From Squalus acanthias (taxonomy: Eukaryota), in assembly GCA_030390025.1 (NCBI GenBank), contig CM059432.1:116004001-116068000 (forward strand): a stretch of 64,000 nt of DNA. Direction: 5' to 3'. The notes under the pieces are model-generated. The model was not told the origin of the DNA. It ran no database searches and saw only the letters and a program-made list of their open reading frames with translations. Within the stretch, counting starts at the first letter, position 1, and each line of letters begins with the position of its first letter. Positions 1 to 11,155 of the stretch are shown here, piece by piece. The position numbers and the translations under genes were made by a program.

Positions 1-1185
1 CTCCCCGACCATCGGGAACATCCTTCCTGCATCTAGTCTGTCTAGTCCTGTTAGAATTTTATAAGTTTCAATGAGATCCCCTCTCATTCTTCTAAACTCC
101 AGCGAGTATAAGCCCAATCGACCCAATCTCTCCTCATACGTCATTCCTGCCATCCCAGGTATCAGTCTGGTGAATCTTCGCTGCACTCCCTCCATGGCAA
201 GAACATCCTTCCTCAGATAAGGCGACCAAAACTGCACACAATACTCAAGATGTGGTCTCACCAAGGCTCTGTACTACTGCAGCAAGACATCCTTGTTCCT
301 GTACTCGAACCCTCTCGCTACGAAGGCCAACATACCATTTGCCTTCTTCACCGCCTGCTGCACCTGCATGCTTACCTTCAGTGACTGGTGCACAAGGACA
401 CCCAGGTCTCGTTGCACTTCCCCTTCTCCCAATCTATTGCCGTTCAGATAATAATCTGCCTTTCTGTTTTTGCCACCAAAGTGGATAACCTCGCATTTAT
501 CCACATTGTACTGCATTTGCCATGCATCTGTCCAATCACCCAACCTATCCAAATCATACTGGAGTTTCTCGGCATCCTCCTCACAGCACACACGCCCACC
601 CAGCTTTGTGTCATCTGCAAACTTGGAGATATTACATCTAGTTCCCTCGTCTAGATCATTGATATATATTGTGAATAGCTGGGGTCCTAGGACCGATCCC
701 TGCGGTACCCCACTAGTCACTGCCTGCCACTCGGAAAAACACCCGTTTATTCCAACTCTTTGCTTCCTGTCTGCCAACCAGTTCTCTATCCAAGTCAGTA
801 CCCTGCCCCCAATCCCATGTGCCTTAACTTTACACGCTAATCTCTTATGCGGGACCTTATCGAAAGCCTTCTGAAAGTCCAAATATATCACATCCACTGG
901 TTCTCCCTTATCTATTTTACCAGTTACATCCTCAAAAAATTCCAGTAGATTAGTCAAGCACGATTTACCTTTTGTAAATCCATGTTGACTTTGACCGATC
1001 CTGTCACTGTTTTCCAAGTGCTCTGCTATTACATCTTTTATGATGGACTCTAGCATTTTCCCCACATGTCTATAATTCCCCATTTTCTCTCTACCACCTT
1101 TTTTGAATAGTGGGGTAACATTAGCTACCCTCCAATCCATGGGAACTGTTCCAGAGTCTATAGAATTTTGGAAGATGACCAGTAA
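1..1185 (-). mobile_element. CR1 LINE, 5'-truncated (RT domain), continues off the window
   Basis: ORF 274-1140 with YLDFQKAFDKVPH, GVPQGSVLGP and KFADDTK. Confidence 0.95.
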
Positions 1186-1304
1186 TGGAGGTGTTGCATA
1201 TTTAAAATAATAGTTAAAATATTGGACATAGGATTGTCATATGAATGTCTGTTAATAACGGCAACCAAAATTTCTAGGCTTACAGAGAGAAATTAATAAC
1301 TTAC

Positions 1305-1378
1305 CTAACCAGTCTGTCTGCAACAGCTTCCTCCACGTCTCTGTTTTCTCTAACACGCATGGTCCCTCTCTGCTATTT
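1305..1378 (-). pseudogene. 74-nt exon with strong splice sites
   Basis: Acceptor cttttctctgtgttaatctctatgtcag, donor TAG|gtaagt. One open frame NSREGPCVLEKTETWRKLLQTDWL. Confidence 0.5.
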
Positions 1379-1557
1379 CTGACATAGAGATTAACACAGA
1401 GAAAAGTCCCATCAGAAGATTATAGATATTACTAAGCAATGTGGTACAATATTTTACTTAAGTCTGAAAAATTATCAGTTGCTGATGCATTTTGTTACAG
1501 TTCTTGAATAATCCAAAACTTTAATTTAGAGAAAGCAATATCCGTGATGAAGATTAC

Positions 1558-1900
1558 TTAATATGAGTAATGATGCCACAGACTTATTGAACTTCTCTAA
1601 CTTCTAATGTTTACATATTGTGCATATACTGAGGATTGGAAAGTTCTTGAGTACAAAAGAATGCATCCAGTGACTGTACTTGCAGACAATCCCAACTCTT
1701 GTAGTTTGAATGAGATGGAATCTAAACTCAAATTCGTGTACTGTAGTGCCCTCTAATGATGAGACAGATGCTGTAATATATATTTTCATATACTGGCTAG
1801 CATAAAAACATCATGCGGCCAGAGGCAATCGTAATGAGAAGGGATATCTCAGAAATTTGACATTGTTGTTTACTGGCAGCACAGACATACTTTGAGAAAT
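1558..1900 (-). pseudogene. Start of CDC25 RasGEF-like domain, frameshifted
   Basis: Collinear pieces in shifting frames: YPFSLRLPLAA*CF, HYST, HLIQ/LQEL, CKYSHWMH-F/LYSRTF. Compare recalled KNDC1 PYTIAAALPKPCF...EYSTHQLFSQLTLLQQELFQKCHPVHFLNSRAL. Confidence 0.5.
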
Positions 1901-1974
1901 TATGCTATTGGGTAAGTGGCATATTTCCCACAACTCAATGCACACAACAATAACCTTATAGTGCGGAACACAAC

Positions 1975-2740
1975 GGGCCAAAAATTCGGCACTTGCCGGG
2001 TGAGTACGCGCTGTGTACTCACCCGTAAGGCCTCCTGAAGTGCTGGTTTCCTGCATGCACTGCGCATGCGTGGGAAACTGGAACTTCCGGTCTCATGAAG
2101 GGAGGGGTTGAGAGGTGAACCGCGTGCGCGGGAGAGGCTGCGCACACGCAGCGAACTTAGGTTTTTTTTCAGGTTTCTCCGGGAAGGTAAGTATGGAAGA
2201 AGCTGCGCTTTTAAAAAGGAGACGCAAGACCCGTTATTAACAAGGTAAGTGGTTCATTAATTACAATGTAAAAAAAATTTCAACAGGTTTATCTTTTTTA
2301 GATACTTTAAAGAAAGTTAAGTTTATTTTTAGCACTGTTAAAAAGTATTTTAATTTTTTCCAAAAATTTAAATTTTTGTTTAAAGTAGTTAATTTATTTA
2401 ACTTATAGTTATTTAAAAAATGTGATGGGTTTTTAAAAATTTATTTGAAGTTTAAGTGTTGTTTTGGGGCTGATTTCAATTCATAGATTTGACAGGTCTT
2501 CCTGTCAAATCTATGAATGAAAGATGGTCTGCTGCCATTGGCTCTCCATGGCCCACGTGATCCCAGGGGACACATCGCACTAACTACGCCCCTGGGATAC
2601 ACAAGCACTGCGCGCCGGCAGCTGCAGGAGGCCCAGCAGCTGAAGTCCCCGTGGGTCCAGAGGTCAACGGCAGGCGTGGTAGGTAGGTGCGCGCGGGATC
2701 CTTGCACCTGCGGGAAGCCAGGGAGCCTAATTTCTGGGCC
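1975..2740. mobile_element. Non-autonomous Harbinger-type MITE, family A
   Basis: Ends GGGCCAAAAATT ... AATTTCTGGGCC; homologous to 9555-10320 and 21973-22663; no ORF. Flanks AAC/GTT do not form a TSD. Confidence 0.8.
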
Positions 2741-2764
2741 GTTAGTTCTGACCAAGGTTTACAG

Positions 2765-2880
2765 CTGAGATGTGAACTCCTTTGTTTCTCTCTCAACGGA
2801 TGCTGCCTGACCTGCTGAGTGTTTCCAGCATTTACTGTTTTTGTCAGATTTCCAGCATCTGCAGTATTTTGATTTTTGAT
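2765..2880 (+). repeat. Penelope-like element terminal remnant
   Basis: gatgctgcctgacctgctgag...tttccagcatctgcagt, recognised as a common elasmobranch repeat; a related remnant lies near 10650-10780. Confidence 0.5.
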
Positions 2881-3247
2881 AATATTTACTATTCTTACAT
2901 TAGGAACAAGGGGGGAGAAATTCAGGATCGCCCCGTCTGGGGCGCTAATTTTTGAAATCGTGAAAAATTAGCGCCAGGCGCTAATGATTCTGAGGCTTCC
3001 CTAAAATGGCTGCTAGCGCTCCTGGAAAGCTGGAGCGCTAAATCAAGCGCTAATGACCTAAGCAGGGCACTACAGGGGTGCTACCAGCAAAGTGATGATG
3101 AATTTCAGCTGGAATGCTATCGGGAATGATCCTTCACACTGGCTCCTTCCAGCTCTTAAAGGGGAGGTTGCATCATTGTGCAGATCCTCATTATCAGCAT
3201 TGCTGGCTGTGAAGGTGACCTGCAACCAACTGATTCACCTGATCGTG

Positions 3248-4715
3248 ATGGCTGATCCCACTCCCAGGGAGAGAGCTCGTTGTTTCACGGGCGAGCCATT
3301 GGAGGCATTGGTCGTGGGAGTGGAGCGAAGGAGGGCAGTGCTGTTCCCGGACACTGGAAGGAGGCCATTGCCCCAGGTCTTTAGGGCAATGTGGAGGGAA
3401 GTGGCCCAGGAGGTCTTGGCCAGTAGTGTGGGCGTACGCAGCCTGACACAGTGCCGCAAGAAATTCAACGACCTCACTCGGGTGGTCAAGGTGAGTACAT
3501 GCTTCAACAGGTCCTACATACCAACATCTGCATTCCTTGCTCCCTTCCTGTCTCCCTTCCCTCAGCTTAAGCGAGCCTTGTGCCTTTATGCTTTCAGAGA
3601 ATCAGCAACCAGATGACCAGCCTGTCCCTGAGCCTCCCAGTGAGAGTGAGGAAGGAGAAGAGGAGGAGGAGCAAAGCACCGCATCACTGCATCTCTCACC
3701 TGCAGGCACCACCTCAGATACTGGCACTACGCGATCTTTAGAGGCAAGTTTAGTAGCAGGGTCTGCACTGGGTGATGCATCGGGGACGAGTGGACTGCAG
3801 CAAGGCCAGGGGGAAAGGGTAGCTCGGGAGCCAGCTCCCCGGAGGGCGAGTTCGCGGACGAGTTCTGCTGCACAGGACTCAGAGGAGGACCTCGATGGGG
3901 AGGTGTTCACAAGAAGGGTGACAGGCATGCACACCGAGATGATAGGTGCAATGGCAAGGGTGCCCAAGAGCCTGTCGGCAATGGTAAGGAGCATGGATGA
4001 GTCCACCTCCAATATTGCACAGAGCTCTGCGCACACCATGGAGCCCATCCTTGGCAGTCTGCAAAGGATGGTGGGCTCCCTGAGAGACCGTGGCAACCCA
4101 GACCTGATGCTGCGTGTCAAGGGCGATGTGACAGCATCCATTGCCGCACAGGCGGAAGCCATGCAACGTCTTAGTGCTGTAATGCAGTCTATAGTTGGTG
4201 CCATTCAATCTCAGACTGCTCTCATGCAGTCTCAGCTTGATGCCACGAAAGCTCTGACTGCTGCCATCATGGCTGGGTCTACCACCATCGACCGGGGCTT
4301 TCATGGTGTCGCAGCAGGCCAGCAATCTGTGCTCCAACAGATTGCTAGGGATGCTGATGTGCTGCCCCGGGGGAGTGACAGTGGGTCAGTGGAACAGGAT
4401 CCTGCTGTCCTCTCTCAGGATGACAGCATTCCTGCTCCCACCACTGCCACTCCACCATTGCCCTTGTCGCTGCCTGTCATCCAGCCAGCCCAGACTGCCG
4501 CCGCCCATCCTGAGGTGGTGCAGTCTACAGCCGGGCCTTCTAGGCCCAGAGCTGGGCGAGGGCATCCTGCAAGGCCATCTGTCATCTCTGGCACCGACAC
4601 TCAGCAGCCTTCCACTAGCTCTGCTGCAACCACTGGTGTGACACTATGTAGGAGCAGTAGAGTAGGCAAAGGCACTGTAAAGAGGGCAAGTAAGGGTTTG
4701 CACAAGGGTGATTAG
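3248..4715 (+). pseudogene. Harbinger Myb/SANT-like (trihelix) gene; exons 3248-3490, remnant from 3566, 3598-4715
   Basis: RARCFTGEPLEALV...WREVAQEV...RSLTQCRKKFNDL|gtgagt. Exon 2 is largely deleted, so exon 1 (phase 0) and exon 3 (phase 1) are out of frame. Confidence 0.85.
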
Positions 4716-4880
4716 TTAATATTGTTGTTGTATATATGTGGTTACTGATTTTGGATAAATTTATTATTGGAATGTTGCAGAAATGGTGCTGTGTCTCATT
4801 TCAGTTTTGGGGTGTGGTATGGAATGAGAAATTGATGGAATGATGGGGACGGGCTGAGCAACCGGGAAGTGGCCTCGAAT

Positions 4881-6071
4881 TCATTGGAACTGAAGTCTGG
4901 TGAGGCGGTCACGGACCGCCCTTCCACAAGGCCGATTGAGTGGTGGCCTCCTCCGTCGCTGATGTTCATGCTCCTGTTCCTCCTCCTCCTTCTCCTCCTC
5001 CTCCTCCTTCTCGTCCTCGTCCTCCTCGTCTCCCTCTTCCTCCTCCTGAGGTGGTGCGGCTATGCCTGGTGGCAATGGCTGCACCCTCATGATGGCCAAG
5101 TTGTGCAGCATGCAGCAGACGACGACGAAAAGGGACACCCGCTCAGCCGAGTACTGGAGGACTCCTCCCAAACGGTCAAGACAGCGGAACTGTTGCTTGA
5201 GCACTCTGAGGGTCTGCTCAATGATATTACTGGTGGCAGCATGTTTCTCATTGTATGACTGTTGGGCACGAGTGTTGGGGTTGCAGAGGGGAGTCATGAG
5301 CCAGGTGGAGAGTGGATAGCCCTTGTCTCCCAGCAGCCAGCCGCGAGCTTGATGTGGTGTGTGGAAGAGTGCTGGCACACCGGTCTGGTGCAGGATGAAG
5401 GCATCATGGCTGCTACCAGGATAGCGGGCATTGACGGTGAGGATTCGCTGTGTGTGGTCACACACCAACTGCACATTAAGTGAGTGGTAGGCTTTGCGGT
5501 TACGGAATACCTCAGGATTGTTATGAGGTGCCTGCAAAGCGATGTGGGTGCAGTCAATGGCGCCCTGCAGCACAGGGAAGCCCGCTATCCTGGCAAAGCC
5601 ACATACATACTCGTCCTGCTTCTCTCTGGTCATGGGGAAGGAAATGTAGTCCCTTCTCCTTCTGTAGAGAGCATCTGTGACCTCGCGGATGCAGCAATGG
5701 ATGGCGAACTGCGAGATGTCTCCTGCTGCACACTGGAAGGATCCGCTGGCGTAGAAATTGAGGGGGACGGTGACCTTGACTGACACTGAGAGAGACGTGG
5801 TGCTCCTGATGTGAGGCTCGAGGTCTGGCTGCAGGAGGTGGCAGAGCTCTGTGACCACGTCCTTGGTTAAGCGGAGCCTTCTAAGTCACTGCTCCTCAGT
5901 GAGATTGATGTAGGAGAAATGCTGCCAGAATAGCCTGGGTGGGTAATGTCTCCTGTTGAGAGCCCTGTTGGCTCTCTTCCCTCTGGCCACATTTTGTAAT
6001 CTTTCTCTCTGTCTCCGCTGCCTCCGACATTGATGCTGGAGGGCGAGGTCCCATGCCAGCACAGCCCCCAT
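4881..6071 (-). pseudogene. HARBI1-like DDE transposase with one nonsense codon (5886-5888)
   Basis: GAIDCTH, SHDAFIL, LGDKGY, IIEQ motifs and acidic tail; ORFs 5886-6071 and 4881-5858 share a frame. Confidence 0.92.
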
Positions 6072-6762
6072 TAAATTATGGAAATATTGCCCTTTAAAAT
6101 CTCATCAAAATGAAAGTGATAAATTTTTCTGATGCAGAAGACTCCTTCAAGTGGAAAACGCTGAAATCGCTCAAAACGCCTGCTTGCTTATGTCAAACTG
6201 ACAAGGCAGCATTCTATGCCGGCTAAAAATAAACCAGATGTTGATGTCTTTATATAGCGCCCCTCCAGCGCTCATCCGACTGCAAACCGCCTCCTCTACC
6301 TGTCGGTGCTAACGGCTGGCGCTCAGGGAGGGGGTGAGAGTGAATTTCTGAACCGGGGCGCACCTGGATGACGTCACGATCTCTGGGTGCAGAGAGCATG
6401 GTGTGAGTGGGTACCGCCGTCGCAAACCTCCACCTCAATTTCGCGGGCGTCGGTACTATCGCCGCGCCCGGTCCCAAAGCCGGCAGCGCCCCATTTGTGC
6501 CCCCCCGGAGGCGCTAACGGGAGGCGCTAAGATACCGAATTTCTCCCCTTGATTTATAAAATTGCAGACGTTCTTGGTATCCTTCGACCAGTTTCTATAG
6601 TTCTGCTACAGCCTGTTACCTTCTGGTCCTGTTACACAACAGAACCTCAAATGAAAACAGTATATATGTGACACTGGCAGATAAAACAACAAAACAACAA
6701 TGTGGGTTGAAAATGTTTTTTTTAATGCAGGTATAATCATTAACCATGTTTATGACAACAAT

Positions 6763-7499
6763 GGGGGGTGTTTTAACTTTTGGACCCGCCGGGAGTGGGG
6801 GACCATGGTAACGGTGGGAAACCCGGAAGTCCGGGGCTCCTCGCACACTTTGGAGTTTTAACTCCACAGCTTGCGTGCAATGTCACTGACAGGTTCGCCA
6901 CCCAGAAGTCAGTCTGATTGACAGGCTTGGCTTCCAGTCGGGCAGGGAGCACTGGAGAAGAGGCCGCAGCCCCAGGTAGGTCCCAGCCCCAGCCCTGGGG
7001 GGGATGGTGGGGCAAGGTCCGATCCCGGGGGGGGTGGTTTGATCCCCGACCTCGGGGGGGGGGGGGGGGGATCCGATCCCTGGCCCAGGGGTGCGGTCCG
7101 ATCCCGGGGTAGGGACTCCGATCCCCAACCCCGGGGTGGGGTTTGTATGGGGGTGGGTCTGATGGTAGGTGAGCTTGGGGGACTGGGCGGAAGCACACCT
7201 GCTGCTCCCGGCCCACAAAGATTGCTCCCTAAAGCTGTCCTCGCCTCGCTGCAGCTTCCGGGAATCCCGAGCCCCGGGAAGCCTGGTCAGCCACAGTTAA
7301 ACCTGGACAGCAGGATAAATCCGAGGCTCCCAGTCTCATTATCGTATTTAAAGTGCCAACGTGTCTCCTGGGAGTGGGTCGTCTTCCCTCCCCCTGTCCC
7401 GCCTCCATTAAAACCGGAAGTGGGCGGGATTAAAATTTTTAACAATTTAACCTCCCACTCGACCACAAACCACCTGTTTTTTGGGGTTAAAATCCCCTC
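6763..7499. mobile_element. GC-rich Harbinger-type MITE
   Basis: Ends GGGGGGTGTTTTAAC / GTTAAAATCCCCTC, flanked by AAT on both sides; internal ccgatcccgggg repeats. Confidence 0.65.
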
Positions 7500-7586
7500 A
7501 ATATGTTAGTGAAATATGAACTGATATTTCCAGGTGCATAATAACAGAATTCTTATCAGTATTATTTTCAAAAAATGAATTTTCAC

Positions 7587-7696
7587 CTTCAGATTTTGTC
7601 TGCTAAATGCGCACCAATGGAACTGCAGCAGCAGCTTGACTGGTGAAATAAGTGTTCTAAAACAACTCTTGAAAATGTCCCAAATAAACTGCCAGT
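7587..7696 (-). pseudogene. REM (RasGEF N-terminal)-like exon with frameshift
   Basis: Acceptor tattcttattgtttag, donor AAG|gtgaaa. Two frames give LAVYLGHFQELF plus FRTLISPVKLLLQF, resembling the recalled KNDC1 REM segment DAFLEGYVQQFLYTFRYFCTPHDFLHF. Confidence 0.55.
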
Positions 7697-7939
7697 CTAA
7701 ACAATAAGAATAGAGAAAAACAACGCTGCCTTGTAAAATGACTGTAGGGTGTAATATACCAATTCAGATTTTACTGCATTATATCACCTGTGCAAATTAA
7801 TCCTGACTTGTGATTTATGAGGTGAAGTACAGCAGTGAAACATTAACAGTTATTACTCTCTCCCACGCACCATAACCTCTTCACTGCCTACTTCAGTGGC
7901 ACAGCACTTCCAAATAATGGCACTATTGAAGGGATAATT

Positions 7940-9060
7940 ACAAGTCCTAGCCCTTTTCGGGCTACCCCAGATCAGGCGTATTCCCCAGACGTTTACCTTC
8001 AACTAAAGTTAGCGGTAGCCGAATCCTAGAGACGCTTAATTGGGTCTAAAGGTTCAGACTATCTCTCCCTAAAGGAAAGGAACGGCCTGAAGATGTTACC
8101 GTCCTCCGGATAGCACTTTTAACAAATTTAACTGGACTGTAACCTTCCGGATATTATGAGGGTCCGGAAAACCCCCCAGAATTCTGCAACTCCTCTCAAA
8201 GGAGTGTACAGAAATTGAGTTCACGAGATTCATACAGAAATTACTCTGTGAGACAATTTTAAAAATATATAGATTTATTAAAGAACCGACATTTAGTTAA
8301 CAGCTGGTATGGCAATCACAACTTTAACCATTCAAAATACAAATAGCTTACATTTCTTATCAGAGATCCTTATTCTCAAATCTTAACTTCGTTACATTTC
8401 CACACTTCTACTTATTTCTTAATCCAGAATATCCACCAAAATCAAATACCTTGATTACCTGAGACTCAGAGTTGTAGGCCTACAGAGTGGTTCTGAAGAC
8501 GAGAATCGCTCTGCCCTTTCCCAGCGACTTCTGACTCTCTATCTGAAAAGCTCTATTTTTATACCTTTTTTTAGTGGTTTATCCTTTGAAGTTTTCTGCT
8601 GATGTAAGCTAATTATCTTTAGTCATTCTCTATTGAATTCTTTTCTATTCTTACTGTCATTTCAGCTGCCAACTTTTAGAACCCTGTCTGCTGTATAGGT
8701 GTTCCAAAAACTTATCATTTTTGTGGTTATTATCGATTTAACTATTTGATGTTATTCTTAGGAAGTCTTTCTATTGAATTCTTAACTCCCTTTAGCTGCT
8801 TGCATTCCAGACCTCGTGTCTCCCAACTGTTCCAAGTTCAATACAAACACAATGTGATTGCTTGGTGTCATCTATTGATATTATATCTTCAAAGTGTTCT
8901 GTTTGTACCTTTTACAATTTGTAAATCAAAACCACTTCAACCAGGGTGTTTTTTGCATTTCTTATTTACTTCAATTGGTTGTATTAAGAATCATGTCTCC
9001 TTGTTCTAAGTTTAACATAAAACTATTTTACGGCAGGTATTTCATTTCCTTGATGTCATT
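7940..9060 (-). mobile_element. Possible solo LTR
   Basis: On the minus strand a TATAAAAA (about 8560) precedes an AATAAA (about 8277), in U3-R-U5 order; ends and TSD unresolved. Confidence 0.35.
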
Positions 9061-9554
9061 TTTTCAAAGGCACTTGTTTTTTTAATGTTCTGTGCACCTG
9101 TTTGACGTGTTAGATTTTGACACTTTACTGGGTATTGTGTTGTTCCAAACTGTAGACTTCTCGGAAGCACCAATGGTTTGCTTCAATTTGGGCTTTGTCT
9201 CAGTATTTACAAACCAATTCCCATTTCAAAGCTTGTTTGGTGTTTGCAGCTTTTGTTATCAACTGTTCTTATCTCAAAAGCCTGTATTGTGCTTGCAGCC
9301 TGTGTCGCCGAGGCTTTCCAGACTTTTAAACCCAGTATGTCATGTATTAATAATATCAGAAATCTGTTCATAGGATGGTGTATTTTTCTGAAATATGGCT
9401 ATTCCATTACACTATCATTGCACAAACTGCAGAAACCATGGTGCAAACAGAAAAGCAGATTGCAGATAAACAAATTCCAAGTGTAAATGTTGTAACTCTT
9501 TGGAAAGTTGCAACAGACATGCCTATTTTATCATTGCCTCACGCTGAGCATATT

Positions 9555-10320
9555 GGCCCAGAAATTAAACAGTGAGGGTTCCCGCGGGGGTAAGGATTCC
9601 CCGCGATATCGCACTCCGCGCCTACCTTTTTGCTCCGGGCCCACACGAACTTTAGTTTGAAAGGCTCTCTCTCTTGGAACCGTGCAGTGCTTGCGTGACC
9701 CAGAGACGCAATTAGTTCGTGCGAGCTCTGGGATCACGTGATTCAGTTAGAGCCAATGGCAGCACACCATCTTTCATTCATAGTTTTGACAGGAAGACCT
9801 GTCAAAGCTATGAATACTACACACCCCCAAAAGAACAGCTAAACCTCAATTAAATTTTAAAAAAAGGCATCACATTAATAAAATAAGTATAGTTAAATAA
9901 ATTAACCATTTTAAACAAAAAATTAAAATTTTTGAAAAAATTTTAAATCTTTTTAAAAGTTATAAAAATAAACTTACCTTTCTTTAAAGTCTCTAAAAAA
10001 GATAAACCTGTTGAAATTTTTTTTTAAATAACACTTAATTAACTACTTACCTTGTTAAAAGGGGGTCCTACGCCTGCTTTCTTTATGTGTAAAATCTTCA
10101 CCATTTACCTGCGCGTTCAATGCTGAAAAAATAACTAAGTGCACTGTGTGCGCACAGCCTGTAGTGGGCACGCGGTTCACTTAGGAACCGCCCCCTTTTC
10201 AATTCACGAAGTGCCGGTTTCCCGCGCATGCGCAGTGCATGCAGGAAACCGGCAATTCCGGATCTAATACGCGAGAGTACACAGTGCGTACTCTCGCGTA
10301 TTAGGTTTAATTTTCGGGCC
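9555..10320. mobile_element. Harbinger-type MITE family A (inverted relative to 1975-2740)
   Basis: GGCCCAGAAATT ... AATTTTCGGGCC with exact 3-bp TSD ATT. Confidence 0.88.
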
Positions 10321-10527
10321 ATTATTTACTCAGCTGCTTATCTACTGTGTAGATGGAGGGTGTTGAGGAAAGGGATATTTTTCTGCCCTTTCTTCTCCAG
10401 TGCAGTATTAAGTATTCACAAGGTCAGCTGATATATACACCCCACCACGTAAATCATCCAACGATTTAATTACAAGCAACTTCACATCTTATTCGTTTAA
10501 TTTACTCAATTATCAGCTTTACTGGAC

Positions 10528-10610
10528 CTGTTCCATTATAAATTGCATCTCTGCTAAACCGCTACCTACTGCATCGAGCCTTGTGCACACAATGTTAGTG
10601 GGAATTAGCC
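10528..10610 (-). pseudogene. Exon-like remnant upstream of the coiled-coil region of the KNDC1-like gene
   Basis: Acceptor attagtttag, donor CAG|gtccag. Open frame GLIPTNIVCTRLDAVGSGLAEMQFIMEQ. Confidence 0.35.
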
Positions 10611-11155
10611 CTAAACTAATTTCAAGACACATACAAGAGATAAAAAGAAATTTAAAAAAACACCACACACAAATGCTGGAGATCTGAAATAAGAATGGAA
10701 AATGCTGAAACTGCAGAATGATCAGCACCTGAAACATTGCCTACCCTTCTTGTTCACTTTGAACATTGTTTTTATTTCAGAGCACATACACTATTTTAGA
10801 ATATTTATGATAGGGCACTGCATCCACCTGCAATATATTTTGCATGTTCTCACATGAAAATAGATACTATGGCCGGAATTTCCTGTACCTGGGCGGGCTG
10901 GGTGCGGGCGGTCGGCGTGGCGGGTTGCGACACCGTTCTTCATTCCATCCCGCTGCTGAGATCGACTTTCCGGTAAGGGGACGTGTTAAGCCCGCCTAGC
11001 TCGTTACCCGGCCCAATTAAATGGTGCAGGTCTCATGACATCATCGATGACGCGTTTTCAGCTGGGATATTTAAAGGAGCCAAGGCCACATTGCATTTGA
11101 AAGTTCATCTAGGAGAGTGCACTGCACCATTGGAATGTTCCAAATACTTGCAAAC

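Larger units (their letters stand above)
2911..6549. mobile_element. Full-length PIF/Harbinger transposon #1 (defective)
   Basis: TIR GGGGAGAAATTC / GAATTTCTCCCC; convergent Myb/SANT and transposase genes; TSD not clean. Confidence 0.92.

Noticed and set aside
4881..5858. Domesticated host HARBI1/NAIF1 genes
   Set aside because: Enclosed by TIRs, present as several copies in the window and carrying disabling mutations.
6773..7509. Pro/Gly-rich ORFs
   Set aside because: Artefacts of GC-rich MITE repeats.
9098..9387. Several in-frame TGA codons as selenocysteine recoding (also 41267-41401)
   Set aside because: TAA stops and frameshifts occur in the same remnants and no SECIS is evident; pseudogene decay is simpler.
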